Under the pieces are notes generated by a model. That model made no database searches. It had not been told where the DNA came from and was given only the letters and a program-made list of their open reading frames with translations. From assembly GCA_030266105.1 (NCBI GenBank), contig JAJDHH010000003.1, positions 6,269-70,268 of the forward strand: a stretch of DNA of 64,000 bases, read 5' to 3'. The translations under genes and the position numbers were made by a program. The stretch's first letter is position 1. The number at the start of each line of letters is the position of its first letter. The DNA comes from Eubacteriales bacterium OttesenSCG-928-K08 (GTDB lineage: Bacteria > Bacillota > Clostridia > Christensenellales > CAG-138). Below are positions 1 through 10,050 of the stretch, in pieces.

Positions 1-2
1 AG

Positions 3-512
3 CAGGCTAACGCCGAGAGCAAATACTACGATGTGCTCGAAGAAATTCCCGCCGTTCGTAAGGACTTTGGCTATCCGCCGCTAGTTACGCCCACAAGCCA
101 GATCGTTGGCTCACAGGCAGTTATGAACGTGCTTGCTGGCAGCCGCTACAAAATGTTCACCAAGGAGTCAAAGGCGCTGCTTCATGGCGAGTATGGCCGC
201 TTGCCGGGCGAGGTGAATGAAGAGGTAAGGCGCATGGCGATTGGCGATGAAGAGGTCATCACCTGCAGGCCTGCGGATCTTCTAAAGCCCGAGCTTGCAA
301 CCTATAAGCAGGAGCTTATCGACAAGGGCCTCTATGAGCAGGAGGAGGATGTGCTAAGCTATGCGCTCTTCCCCCAGGTGGCCGTTAAGTTCTTCGAAAA
401 TCGCAAGAACCCGGCGCCCGCTGCTCCGGCTGCCGCGCCTGCTCAGGCCCCGGCTCAAGCGCCGGCGCAAAACGTGGTGAAAACTCTTTATGTAGAGGAT
501 TTGTCCAAATAA
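3..512 (+). CDS. C-terminal part of a pyruvate/oxaloacetate carboxyltransferase (OadA/PycB-like), 5'-truncated by the window edge
   Basis: GYPPLVTPTSQIVG and DVLSYALFPQVA motifs; ends in an Ala/Pro/Gln linker with no biotinyl domain. Confidence 0.85.
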   Translation, partial: QANAESKYYDVLEEIPAVRKDFGYPPLVTPTSQIVGSQAVMNVLAGSRYKMFTKESKALLHGEYGRLPGEVNEEVRRMAIGDEEVITCRPADLLKPELATYKQELIDKGLYEQEEDVLSYALFPQVAVKFFENRKNPAPAAPAAAPAQAPAQAPAQNVVKTLYVEDLSK

Positions 513-537
513 TGCATTAGGGCAACAATCAATATTT

Positions 538-572
538 GGCTGCTGCAAATGTGTTACGCTTTTGCAGCAGCC
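538..572 (+). terminator. Stem-loop after the carboxyltransferase gene
   Basis: GGCTGCTGCAAA...TTTGCAGCAGCC inverted repeat; weak U tract. Confidence 0.55.
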
Positions 573-646
573 TTGCAATTTGGCCATATTAGTTTTACAA
601 TGCAGGAGTATAATCGATAGATAATACGTGAAAGGGTATTAACTCT

Positions 647-1207
647 ATGAAGCATATCCCCAACATATTGTCCGCTTTGCGCCTGCTTATGGTGGGTGTT
701 TTTGTGTATTTCTTCAGGCAGGAGCAATACATTTGGGCGCTTGTTATATATGTTACGGCTATCCTCACCGACATTTTGGATGGATATCTCGCCCGGCGCA
801 ACAACTGGATTTCAAACATAGGCAAGGTGCTTGACCCGCTGGCGGACAAGCTGATGCTCATTGCGGCGCTTGTGTGTTTTTGCGTTAAAGGCTGGATTCC
901 CATTTGGCTGGTGGCCGTGGTTGCAGGCAAAGAGCTGGTGATGATTATCGGCGGAGCTTTCCTATATAAAAAAGACATCGTTGTGTATGCGGATTGGTTT
1001 GGAAAAACCGCCACTGGCTTTTTTAACGCCGGTGTGATCGCAACAATGTGCAAACCATTTTGGACATGGATTGGCATGTGGAATGTTGTGCTGCTTGTTG
1101 TTGCGATGGTGCTAGCGATAATCGCGCTGGTGCATTACGCCAAGAAAAACGTGTTCACCGGCAAAAAAACGGCTGCACAGCCCGATGCCGCACAGCCGGA
1201 GGAATAA
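647..1207 (+). CDS. pgsA: CDP-alcohol phosphatidyltransferase (PgsA-like)
   Basis: PNILS..R, D..DG..AR...S..G..LDP.ADK signature; hydrophobic helices. Confidence 0.85.
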   Translation: MKHIPNILSALRLLMVGVFVYFFRQEQYIWALVIYVTAILTDILDGYLARRNNWISNIGKVLDPLADKLMLIAALVCFCVKGWIPIWLVAVVAGKELVMIIGGAFLYKKDIVVYADWFGKTATGFFNAGVIATMCKPFWTWIGMWNVVLLVVAMVLAIIALVHYAKKNVFTGKKTAAQPDAAQPEE

Positions 1208-1219
1208 ATAGCGTAACTC

Positions 1220-1246
1220 AAAAATGCAGCTTTGGCTGCGTTTTTT
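1220..1246. terminator. Bidirectional intrinsic terminator between convergent genes
   Basis: AAAAATGCAGC-TTTG-GCTGCGTTTTT. Confidence 0.7.
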
Positions 1247-1688
1247 ATTTATCAAAAATTGGCTTGATAGGAAAAGTTTCTATCGGCCTGCTCATAATAA
1301 CATAAGATTCTGTTAGGCCAAGCGAATAAAGCTCATATGTCATGTGCAAAAAGCTTTCAGCATCCTTGCATGCGGTTTTGATGCAGTAACCAAAGCGTCC
1401 CGTAATTTCCATGCACTCCACTATGTTTGGGCTGTTGTTTATGTAATCCCGCATCTTTTGTTTATTTTCAATCGCAACAGAAATTAACACGATCGCACAA
1501 ATGGAGCGCCCGAGCTTGCCCGGGTCAACAACGGCGCGGTAGCCTAAAATGGCGCCGCTTTCTTCGAGCTTGCGCACACGCTCAATTGTTGAAGGCGAGC
1601 TCATGTTTATTTTTGAGGCCAGCTTTTGCATGGATATGCGGCCATCCTGCTGGAGAATTTCGAGAATCTTAACGTCTGTGTTGTCCAT
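1245..1688 (-). CDS. Lrp/AsnC family transcriptional regulator
   Basis: MDNTDVKILEILQQDGRIS..LA..N.S...ERVRKLEESG HTH plus AsnC C-domain; start set at the ATG after a G-rich RBS. Confidence 0.9.
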   Translation of the reverse strand: MDNTDVKILEILQQDGRISMQKLASKINMSSPSTIERVRKLEESGAILGYRAVVDPGKLGRSICAIVLISVAIENKQKMRDYINNSPNIVECMEITGRFGYCIKTACKDAESFLHMTYELYSLGLTESYVIMSRPIETFPIKPIFDK

Positions 1689-1856
1689 AGGAATTACCCC
1701 CTGCAAATAATATATCATATAACGCGCCGCCGCAAAAGTGCCTGTGCCAATTTATTAACGGAGTTGTGGTGAAATAAATTGCGCTGGTTGCACAAAAGTC
1801 TTTTTTGTTTTAATGCGCGCCTGCAATTTCTTTAAGCAAATACGTGCAAAAACGCG

Positions 1857-1885
1857 TTGACAAACACCCGCGGACTAGATAAAAT
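1857..1885 (+). promoter_or_regulatory. sigmaA promoter of yceD-rpmF
   Basis: TTGACA-17-TAAAAT. Confidence 0.75.
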
Positions 1886-1914
1886 AGACGATGGTTGACT
1901 TTGGAGGAACGTGT

Positions 1915-2424
1915 ATGGAACTTCAGGTTAGCGCGGCGCTAAAGCTGCCGGGCAAGGTTTTTGAAGGCTCGTTTGCAGAGCGCTTGCCCGACCAGGAGTT
2001 TGGCGGCAGGAAGCTCACGTTTGCTGAGCCGGTGCGTTTAGATATCACCTACTCTTACGATGGTGAAGCGCTGGCGCTTAGCGGAGAGCTTGCTGTGGTG
2101 CTTAGCTCATTGTGCGCAAGCTGCAACGAAACTTTTTGCGAGAAGCTCAACATTCCTGTGGATGAGCGCTTTGTAAAAGGTGAGCTGCCGCAGGATACGG
2201 AGGCCTATTCCTTTGATGCAGACCGCATCAACCTGGACACTATGGTGCTGGACAATATCTTTCTGAGCATTCCTATAAGGAGCCTATGCAAAGAGGATTG
2301 TGCCGGTTTGTGCCCGGCTTGCGGTTGCAACAAAAACATGGTGTCCTGTTCGTGCGATGTGTGGGAAGAAAAATCCCCGCTGGCAGCGCTTAGTCAACTT
2401 CTCAAAGATGATAAGGAGGTGTAA
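1915..2424 (+). CDS. YceD/DUF177 protein
   Basis: CxxC and [14 protein letters not shown] motifs; directly upstream of rpmF; GGAGG RBS. Confidence 0.9.
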   Translation: MELQVSAALKLPGKVFEGSFAERLPDQEFGGRKLTFAEPVRLDITYSYDGEALALSGELAVVLSSLCASCNETFCEKLNIPVDERFVKGELPQDTEAYSFDADRINLDTMVLDNIFLSIPIRSLCKEDCAGLCPACGCNKNMVSCSCDVWEEKSPLAALSQLLKDDKEV

Positions 2425-2426
2425 TC

Positions 2427-2618
2427 ATGGCAGTTCCCAAGAGAAAAGTATCAAAGGCAAGGCGGGATTCCCGCAGATCCAGCCACTGGAAGCTCAGCCT
2501 TCCGGGTATCGTGGAATGCCCGCAATGCCATCAGCATAAATTGGCCCATAGGGTTTGCAAGCATTGTGGCTACTACAATGGTAAGCAGGTTGTGCAGATG
2601 GATGCGGATAAAAAATAA
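2427..2618 (+). CDS. rpmF: 50S ribosomal protein L32 (Zn-binding form)
   Basis: [18 protein letters not shown]...[10 protein letters not shown]. Confidence 0.97.
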   Translation: MAVPKRKVSKARRDSRRSSHWKLSLPGIVECPQCHQHKLAHRVCKHCGYYNGKQVVQMDADKK

Positions 2619-2723
2619 TAAGCTTGCTTTGTTAAAGGGCTGTTTGAGCATGCGTTATGAAGAAGCGCTATAATGTATGTTCAAGCAGCTCCTTTTTGCG
2701 CATAAAAACAGGAGGGAAAAGCT

Positions 2724-3728
2724 ATGTATAATATCGCGATCGACGTTTTTGGCGGCGATAACGCACCCCAGGCAATTTTGGAAGGCTGCGAGCTTGCGCT
2801 TGGGCAGCTGCCGGATATTCGCCTGCTTTTGTTTGGTGATGAGGCGGTTATTGAAAACTTTGTGCGTGAGCGTGGTTTGGATAAAAGCAGGGTGGAGATA
2901 GTGCACGCGCCTGAAATCATCGGCATGGCGGAAAAAGCCACGGCCGCAATCAAACAAAAGCAAAACTCATCGCTGGTGCGCGCGCTTAAGTCCGTGGCCG
3001 AACGTGAGGCAGTGTGTTTGGTTTCCGCCGGAAGCACGGGCGCCGTGCTTGCGGGCGCGACATTGATCGTGCGCCGGATTAAGGGCGTTAAACGTCCTGC
3101 GCTTGCGCCGTTTTTGCCTACGCGCACAGGTTATGCTTTGCTTTTGGACTGTGGAGCGAATACGGATTGCAAGCCTGCATATTTGCAGCAGTTTGCTGTT
3201 ATGGGCTCAGCATACATTAAACTTGCAAAAGGAATTAAAAATCCGCGCGTGGGCCTTTTGAACAATGGCGCGGAGGCTGAAAAGGGCAATGAACTCACAA
3301 AGGCGGCCTACCCGCTGCTGGAGCAGGCGCCCATAAATTTTGTTGGCAATTGCGAGGCGCGCGATGTGCTTTCAGGCGAGTTTGATGTGATTGTCGCCGA
3401 TGGTTTTGCGGGAAATGTCGTGCTCAAAAGCACTGAGGGCGTGGCGGGCTTCCTTATGGCAACACTTAAGGACGAGCTGATGTCGAGCGCACGCTCAAAG
3501 GTTGGCGCTGCGCTTGCAAAGCCCGCTTTTTCAAGGCTGAAAAAGCGCATGGATTACACTGAGTATGGCGGGGCGTTGCTGATTGGCGCAAATGGCGGCA
3601 TTGTTAAGGCGCACGGCAGCTCCAACGCAAAGGCGTTTGCAGCAGCGATACGCCAGGCGCACGAGTATGCGCGCGCTGATGTGACACAGCAAGTGGAGCA
3701 GGCAATTTTAGAACTCGAACAGGTTTAA
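2724..3728 (+). CDS. plsX: Phosphate acyltransferase PlsX
   Basis: IAIDVFGGDNAP, SAGSTGA, RPALA, DCGAN, KAHGSS. Confidence 0.96.
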   Translation: MYNIAIDVFGGDNAPQAILEGCELALGQLPDIRLLLFGDEAVIENFVRERGLDKSRVEIVHAPEIIGMAEKATAAIKQKQNSSLVRALKSVAEREAVCLVSAGSTGAVLAGATLIVRRIKGVKRPALAPFLPTRTGYALLLDCGANTDCKPAYLQQFAVMGSAYIKLAKGIKNPRVGLLNNGAEAEKGNELTKAAYPLLEQAPINFVGNCEARDVLSGEFDVIVADGFAGNVVLKSTEGVAGFLMATLKDELMSSARSKVGAALAKPAFSRLKKRMDYTEYGGALLIGANGGIVKAHGSSNAKAFAAAIRQAHEYARADVTQQVEQAILELEQV

Positions 3729-3819
3729 TTGTCTGTTTGGGTATGCTTAAATTGGATGATTGGTTCATATAATATAAAATATCTGTAGAGCGGGCGCCGG
3801 AATTTTGCGAGGATTTTCA

Positions 3820-3848
3820 TTGACATCCAGGTGCAACTGCCCTAAACT
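3820..3848 (+). promoter_or_regulatory. sigmaA promoter of acpP
   Basis: TTGACA-17-TAAACT. Confidence 0.7.
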
Positions 3849-3898
3849 GTTATGTGGACTGTATTTATTTTTTCAATGGCTGAGAGGAGTTTGCGGCA

Positions 3899-4123
3899 AT
3901 GAAGCTAGACAAGGTTCGCGAGATAATCGCCAAACAGTTGGATGTGGATGCGGACAGCATCACTTTGGAATCCAGATTGGTGGATGATCTCAAAGCGGAT
4001 TCGTTGGATGTCGTGGAACTGATAATGGATCTTGAACAAGAGTTTGATATCGAGATTCCCGACGAAGAGCTGCCTAAGGTTCGCACGGTGGGCGATATCG
4101 TGGCATATCTCGAAAAACACTGA
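3899..4123 (+). CDS. acpP: Acyl carrier protein
   Basis: [14 protein letters not shown] phosphopantetheine site. Confidence 0.97.
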   Translation: MKLDKVREIIAKQLDVDADSITLESRLVDDLKADSLDVVELIMDLEQEFDIEIPDEELPKVRTVGDIVAYLEKH

Positions 4124-4139
4124 TCCAACAGGGTACCGT

Positions 4140-4170
4140 TTGCCCGCATCAGTTTTGGTGCGGGCATTTG
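4140..4170 (+). terminator. Hairpin between acpP and rnc
   Basis: TGCCCGCATCA-GTTT-TGGTGCGGGCA followed by TTTG. Confidence 0.55.
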
Positions 4171-4208
4171 TGTGAACCAGGCAATCGTTGATTATCTTGG
4201 AGGAAATT

Positions 4209-4952
4209 ATGTCACAGCGCTCAACACAATTGGATACGCTGCAGCAGGCGCTGGGATATCGTTTTAAAAACATCGAGTTTTTAGAAACTGCGCTTACGCA
4301 TACCTCCTATTCAAAGGGTGATGGCAAGGGCAGCACACACAATGAGCGGCTTGAGTTTTTGGGCGATGCTGTGCTTGAGCTTTGTGTAAGCGAGCAGATT
4401 TTTACCCGGTTTGATAATTTGAGCGAGGGTGAAATGACTCGTGCGCGTGCGCGCATAGTTTGCGAAGCCTCGCTTAACAAAATCGCTCGTGAGCATTTTT
4501 TGCTGCAGGAATACCTGCTGCTTGGCCACGGTGAGGATGTTTCGGGCGGGAGGGACAAGCCCTCCATTGTGTCGGATGCGTTTGAAGCGGTGCTTGGCGC
4601 TGTTTATCTGGATGGTGGGATTGAAGCTGCCCGTGCGCTCGTGCTGCTTTTTGCTGATGAGCTTTTGGGCACTGTTGGCGGCAGCCTTTATAAAAAAGAT
4701 CATAAATCGCGCTTGCAGGAGTATGTGCAAAAAAGGCGCCTTGGGATGCTTCAATATCGATTGGTTGGCGAAACAGGCCCGGATCACTGCAAGGTGTTCC
4801 AAATGCAGGTTCTGCTGGATGAAGAAATGATTGGCCTGGGTGAGGGTAATTCCAAGCAGGAGGCAGGCCAGCAGGCCGCAAAAGCGGCGCTATCAAAGCT
4901 AAGCACGTTAAAACTGCAAAGGAAAACCAGAAAAAAAGAAAAACAGAGGTGA
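4209..4952 (+). CDS. rnc: Ribonuclease III
   Basis: NERLEFLGDAVL signature, SDAFEAVLGAVYLD, C-terminal dsRBD. Confidence 0.97.
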   Translation: MSQRSTQLDTLQQALGYRFKNIEFLETALTHTSYSKGDGKGSTHNERLEFLGDAVLELCVSEQIFTRFDNLSEGEMTRARARIVCEASLNKIAREHFLLQEYLLLGHGEDVSGGRDKPSIVSDAFEAVLGAVYLDGGIEAARALVLLFADELLGTVGGSLYKKDHKSRLQEYVQKRRLGMLQYRLVGETGPDHCKVFQMQVLLDEEMIGLGEGNSKQEAGQQAAKAALSKLSTLKLQRKTRKKEKQR

Positions 4953-4956
4953 ACCA

Positions 4957-7900
4957 TTGAGACTCACAAAACTTGAGCTAAACGGCTTTAAGTCATTTGC
5001 GAGAAAAACTGAATTAACCTTTGGCGAAGGTATCACGGCTGTCATCGGCCCTAACGGAAGCGGCAAAAGCAACATTGCGGATGCTGTGCGTTGGGTGCTG
5101 GGCGAGCAGAGCGCCAAGGCGCTTCGTGGTGCAAAAATGGAGGATGTTATATTTAACGGCACGCAGGAGCGTCGCCCGCAGGCGTTTTGCGAGGTTATGC
5201 TTACGTTTGACAATTCCGACGGCGCACTTCCGATTGAATTTATGGAGGTTATGATTACGCGCCGTGTATATCGCTCGGGTGAGAGCGAATATCAGATTAA
5301 CAATAACAACTGCCGCTTGAAGGATATTCACGAGCTGTTCCGGGATACCGGAATTGGCAAGGAAGGGTACTCAATAATAGGGCAGGGGCGTGTTGAGGAG
5401 ATACTCTCCAATAAATCGGGGGATAGGCGCACGGCGCTTGAAGAAGCCGCGGGAGTGATGCGCTACCGCGCGCGCAAGGAAGAAGCCATGCGCAAGCTTG
5501 AGCACACAAAAAAGAACCTTGAGCGCCTAGAAGACATATTAAACGAGCTTGATGCACAGTGCGAGCCGCTGTATGAGCAGGCTGAAAAAGCGAAGGAATA
5601 CCTCACCTTGCGCGATGAGCTTAAGGATTTGGATATTAACGTATTTGTTCACCAGTATGAACGGATAAAAGAGCGGTTGGAAGGCGCATCCGCAGCTATT
5701 GTTGAGCTGCAAGCGCAAAGCGCTTCCGCGTTAGATACCGAGCAGGCGCTATCGCGTGATTGCTCAGCGCAGGAAGAGGAATTGCGTGCGATTGAGCAAA
5801 GCGCGTCCGAGCTGCAAACGATGCTGTTAAAAGAGCTTTCGTGCATGGAGGCGCATGCGGGCGAGGTCAGCGTGCTTAAGGAACGCCGTGAAAACCTGGC
5901 GCGCGAAAAGCAAAGGCTCACGGATGAACGTGCGCAAAACGAAGAATTATGTGCGCAATTACGCGAGGAGCTGGGGCGCCTTTCGGGCAGCGGGCAGGAT
6001 GAAAAAGACCTGCTTAAAAAGCTCGACGAGCAAATAGAAGAGGATGAACAAAAGACCCAGCGCCTGCAAAAGGAAATCCAAGCTCAGGACGAGCTTGTTG
6101 AAGAACAAAAAGCCGGGATAATTGAATCATTAAACCGGCTTTCCGATGCCAAGGCTCAGCTTTCGCGCACCGAGGCTATGGTGGCGGCGTTAAACCAGCG
6201 CATGGGGGTGCTTTCGGGCGAATTGCAAAGTGCAACAGCCGAGAGGGATGGGCTCTTGAATGAGCAGAACCAGGCGGTGCTAAGCTGGCAAAAACAGGCG
6301 AAGGATTATGAAAAGGCACAGCACGAAAAGCAGGCGGCGCAAGAGCGGGTGCTTGAAGCTAAGCGCATAAGCGAAAACACACAGGCGGAATTGCACACTG
6401 CTGAGCAAGCGCTGAGCACCATGCGCTCGCGCTCAAACGTGCTTGAGGAAATGGCACGCGCACACGAAGGTTACTATGCGAGCGTGCGTAATGTGCTGCG
6501 CGATTGCGGGCGCGATGTTGAGCTAAGGCGCTGTGTGCTGGGCGTTGTGGCGGAGCTTGTAAAAGTTCCGCGTCAGTACGAAACCGCGATTGAAATGTCG
6601 CTGGGTTCGGCGCTGCAAAACATCGTGACGCCTACGCCGGAGCACGCAAGCAGGGTTATCCGCTATCTTAGGGATAAACAATATGGCAGGGCAACATTGC
6701 TGCCGGTTTCGGCCATGCGCCCGCGTGTGCTTAACGCGCAGGAGCGTGAGTTTTTGCGCATGCCCGGCTGTGCGGGTTTGGCGAGCGAGCTTGTTGAGTT
6801 TGACCCTCAATACAAAAACGTGGTCGAAAACCTGCTGGGGCGCACGGTGATTGTGGATACGCTCGAAACAGGCGTTGAAATGAACAAACGCGCACACGCG
6901 GCATTTCGAATTGCGACAATAAAGGGCGATATCATTCATCCCGGCGGCTCGATGACGGGCGGCAGCATTCAAAAGCGCGAGTTTAGCCTTTTGGGCCGTG
7001 AGCGCGAGATTAACGAGTTGCGCTTGAGGATGGCTAAGGCGCAGGAAGATATGCTCAAAAAGCAGCGGGATATCGAAGCTGCGGCTAATAATGTGAAAAT
7101 TATGGAGCAGGTGCTCGAGGGTATTGATAAAAGCCTGCATGCGCAGGATATAGATAGCGCACGCCATAAAGAAAAGCTGGATTTGATCGAGCGCGATATT
7201 GAACAGAACGCGCAAAAAACAGGCCGGCTGGAGCTTGAGCGTGGGCAGATTGAGGATAATCTTGCAGACATTATCAAGGAGCGGCAGGGCATTGAAACGC
7301 TGCAAAGCGGAATTGAAAAGGGTAGCGCCGCCACGCAGGATGATGTGAGAATATCGCAGGCAAAGCTTGGCGAGCTGCGATTGCAAAGCGAAACGCTTAA
7401 CCAGGAGCTAACAAGCAAAAAGGTGCGCCGCATGGCGATGCAAAAGGAAGAGGATGCGCTCTTGCAGGAGCAAAAGCGCCTGCAGCGCGAGCTTGAGCAA
7501 AAACAACAATTAGCTCAGGATGCAGCCTCAAACATAAAACGCGCACAAGCGCAAAGCGATGAGCTTATAAAGTCGATTGAAACACTTGCAGCGCAGGTGG
7601 GAGACGAGCAGGCGCAGGTTGATACACACAAAGAGCAGCAGCAAGCGCTTGAGGAAGAACGCCAGCGCCGGGCGGCAACACTTAGCGAAACCCGCCAAAG
7701 GAAGGAAGAGCTAGGCACACAGCTTCGCAGCCTGGAAGAAAGAAGGCACAAGCAGGAGCTTGCCTTTAGCCGCGCAGAGCTTGAGTTTGCGGCCATGCAG
7801 GAGCGGATAAGCGAGGATTATGGCCTGACATATGCGGAAGCTTTGCCGCTTCGCAGGGTGCCTTTTGCAGTAACATCCGCGCATGTGCGAATAGATGAGC

Positions 7901-8523
7901 TTCGCACAGAAATTCGTGAGCTTGGGGATATTAACGTCAACGCGGTGGAGGATTATCGTGCGCTTAACGAGCGTTGCCAGATGATGCGCGCCCAATGCGG
8001 GGATTTGCACAAAGCGCAGGAGGATCTGTTAACACTCATTGATGAGCTGACAGGCCAGATGGAAAAGCAGTTTCTTTCGCAGTTTGAAATCATCCAGCAA
8101 AACTTTTCGGCTGTGTTTGAGCAGCTGTTTGAGGGCGGCCACGCTCAGCTGCGCCTGAGTGACCCCAAAAACCCGCTAAGCTGCGATATCGACATTATCG
8201 CCCAGCCGCCGGGTAAACGCCTTCAGCTTTTAACACTGCTTTCGGGCGGAGAACGCGCGCTTACGGCAATCGCCCTGTTGTTTGCGATGCTAAAGCTAAA
8301 ACCCACAGTCTTTTGCATACTCGATGAAATAGAATCATCGCTTGATGAAGTAAACGTTGCGCGCTTTGCAAATTATCTCAAGAATTATTCGGAGGAGACT
8401 CAGTTTATACTCATCACCCACCGCAAGGGCAGCATGGAGGTGTGCAATACGCTTTATGGCGTAGCGATGGAGGAAAAGGGTGTATCCCGGTTGGTCTCAG
8501 CTAGATTACAGGACGCTTCTTAG
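4957..8523 (+). CDS. smc: Chromosome segregation protein SMC
   Basis: GFKSF, GPNGSGKSN, hinge (GRATLLP, GGSMTGG), LSGGE, LDEIE, coiled coils; TTG start. Confidence 0.98.
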   Translation: MRLTKLELNGFKSFARKTELTFGEGITAVIGPNGSGKSNIADAVRWVLGEQSAKALRGAKMEDVIFNGTQERRPQAFCEVMLTFDNSDGALPIEFMEVMITRRVYRSGESEYQINNNNCRLKDIHELFRDTGIGKEGYSIIGQGRVEEILSNKSGDRRTALEEAAGVMRYRARKEEAMRKLEHTKKNLERLEDILNELDAQCEPLYEQAEKAKEYLTLRDELKDLDINVFVHQYERIKERLEGASAAIVELQAQSASALDTEQALSRDCSAQEEELRAIEQSASELQTMLLKELSCMEAHAGEVSVLKERRENLAREKQRLTDERAQNEELCAQLREELGRLSGSGQDEKDLLKKLDEQIEEDEQKTQRLQKEIQAQDELVEEQKAGIIESLNRLSDAKAQLSRTEAMVAALNQRMGVLSGELQSATAERDGLLNEQNQAVLSWQKQAKDYEKAQHEKQAAQERVLEAKRISENTQAELHTAEQALSTMRSRSNVLEEMARAHEGYYASVRNVLRDCGRDVELRRCVLGVVAELVKVPRQYETAIEMSLGSALQNIVTPTPEHASRVIRYLRDKQYGRATLLPVSAMRPRVLNAQEREFLRMPGCAGLASELVEFDPQYKNVVENLLGRTVIVDTLETGVEMNKRAHAAFRIATIKGDIIHPGGSMTGGSIQKREFSLLGREREINELRLRMAKAQEDMLKKQRDIEAAANNVKIMEQVLEGIDKSLHAQDIDSARHKEKLDLIERDIEQNAQKTGRLELERGQIEDNLADIIKERQGIETLQSGIEKGSAATQDDVRISQAKLGELRLQSETLNQELTSKKVRRMAMQKEEDALLQEQKRLQRELEQKQQLAQDAASNIKRAQAQSDELIKSIETLAAQVGDEQAQVDTHKEQQQALEEERQRRAATLSETRQRKEELGTQLRSLEERRHKQELAFSRAELEFAAMQERISEDYGLTYAEALPLRRVPFAVTSAHVRIDELRTEIRELGDINVNAVEDYRALNERCQMMRAQCGDLHKAQEDLLTLIDELTGQMEKQFLSQFEIIQQNFSAVFEQLFEGGHAQLRLSDPKNPLSCDIDIIAQPPGKRLQLLTLLSGGERALTAIALLFAMLKLKPTVFCILDEIESSLDEVNVARFANYLKNYSEETQFILITHRKGSMEVCNTLYGVAMEEKGVSRLVSARLQDAS

Positions 8524-8539
8524 AAGGTTGGAGTTAATT

Positions 8540-9445
8540 ATGGAAAAGCTAAACATATTTCAAAAAATGAAAAAGGGCCTCGAAAAAACAAGATCGGGCA
8601 TGTTGGCCTCTGTTTTTTCAGGGCGCGAAAGGATTGACGATGAGCTCTATGAGGAGCTGGAGGAAGCGCTCATAATTGCCGATGTTGGCATGGAGCTAAG
8701 CGAGCGCCTCATTGATGAGCTTCGCGCTAACGTTAAGGAGAATCGCCTGCGCGAGGCGGAGCAGGCGCGCACTGCTCTCATTGAAATCGTGGCGGCACAC
8801 ATGCAGCCCAAAGAAAGCTTTTTGCCGGATAGCGGCAATGTGGTGCTGCTTATCGTGGGTGTAAATGGCGTGGGAAAAACAACATCCATAGGTAAGCTTG
8901 CATCCTATTATAAGCTGCAGGGCAAAAAGCCAATGCTTGCGGCGGCGGATACATTCCGCGCGGCTGCTGCAGAGCAGCTTGAGGTGTGGGCAAATCGCGC
9001 CGATGTGCCAATCGTTAAGCATGGCGAGGGCGCGGACCCGGCAGCGGTTGTTTTTGATGCGATCGCCTCTGCAAAAGCCAAGGGCAATGATATGCTCATT
9101 TGTGATACCGCAGGGCGGCTGCACAACAAAAAGAACCTCATGAACGAACTGGAAAAAATCCGCCGTGTAATTGCGCGCGAAATGCCGGATGCAAGCTGTC
9201 GCGTGTTGCTTGTGCTGGATGCGACAACGGGCCAAAATGCAATTGTGCAAGCCAGAGAGTTTAGCAAAACAGCAGGGCTTACCGATATTGTGCTTACAAA
9301 GCTTGATGGAACAGCTAAAGGCGGCATGGTGCTTGCCGTGCAGGATACGCTGAACATTCCCGTGCGTTTTGTGGGTGTAGGGGAGGGGATTGACGATTTG
9401 CAGCTTTTTGACGCGCAGGTTTTTGCCTCAGCCTTATTTGAATGA
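8540..9445 (+). CDS. ftsY: SRP receptor FtsY
   Basis: GVNGVGKTT, DTFRAAA, DTAGRL, TKLDGTAKGG. Confidence 0.97.
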   Translation: MEKLNIFQKMKKGLEKTRSGMLASVFSGRERIDDELYEELEEALIIADVGMELSERLIDELRANVKENRLREAEQARTALIEIVAAHMQPKESFLPDSGNVVLLIVGVNGVGKTTSIGKLASYYKLQGKKPMLAAADTFRAAAAEQLEVWANRADVPIVKHGEGADPAAVVFDAIASAKAKGNDMLICDTAGRLHNKKNLMNELEKIRRVIAREMPDASCRVLLVLDATTGQNAIVQAREFSKTAGLTDIVLTKLDGTAKGGMVLAVQDTLNIPVRFVGVGEGIDDLQLFDAQVFASALFE

Positions 9446-9572
9446 TGCAATTAGTTGAGCGGGCGCAAAAATCTTAATTTGCCAGATGTCAAAAACCATT
9501 GGAGTAGTACTTGAGTTGTGATATACTAATCTGGAGTTGAGGAAATGTTTAGGTAGAAAGGAAATTAGAGCG

Positions 9573-9926
9573 ATGAGCGAGTTAGGGCAGCAGGAACGCG
9601 GCCAATATATGGATGTTGGGGGTGCGCTCGCACGCGTGCGCAACAATGTTAAGCTTTATAACCGCATGCTGCAGATGTTTCAGCAAAGCGCTGAATTTGA
9701 TGCGTTTGATCAGGCAATCGCGGCGGAGGATTACGCGCGCGCAGCCGATGTTATTCACGGCATTAAAGGGATGACGGGAAATCTTTCGCTTACGCTTGTA
9801 TATGAGCTGAGCAGCGCATTGATGAACCAGCTGCGCAATGGCGCCTACGAACCCGAAACGCTGGAGCAATACCGGGATGCGCTTGAAAAAACCCGCGCCT
9901 ATGTGGAAGAATATTTAGCTGAATAA
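9573..9926 (+). CDS. Stand-alone Hpt (histidine phosphotransfer) domain protein
   Basis: All-helical; HGIKGMTGNLS matches the Hpt H-x-x-K-G-x-x-x-x-L/G motif. Confidence 0.8.
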   Translation: MSELGQQERGQYMDVGGALARVRNNVKLYNRMLQMFQQSAEFDAFDQAIAAEDYARAADVIHGIKGMTGNLSLTLVYELSSALMNQLRNGAYEPETLEQYRDALEKTRAYVEEYLAE

Positions 9927-9944
9927 ATAATAAACGGTTTTAGT

Positions 9945-9967
9945 GTGCCCTCTCCAGAGGGCATTTT
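9945..9967 (+). terminator. Intrinsic terminator
   Basis: GTGCCCTCT-CC-AGAGGGCAT-TTT. Confidence 0.65.
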
Positions 9968-10050
9968 ACATTTTCCGCTTTATAATGTAACCATTTCTAA
10001 TTCGATGGGAAAATCAATATATAAAAAATAGTGAGAAGGGGCGGGGTTGT

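Noticed and set aside
6523-7386. Long antisense ORFs (here and at 26301-27080, 33260-34399, 42563-43363)
   Set aside because: They are shadows of strong coding genes on the opposite strand, with no RBS or motifs.
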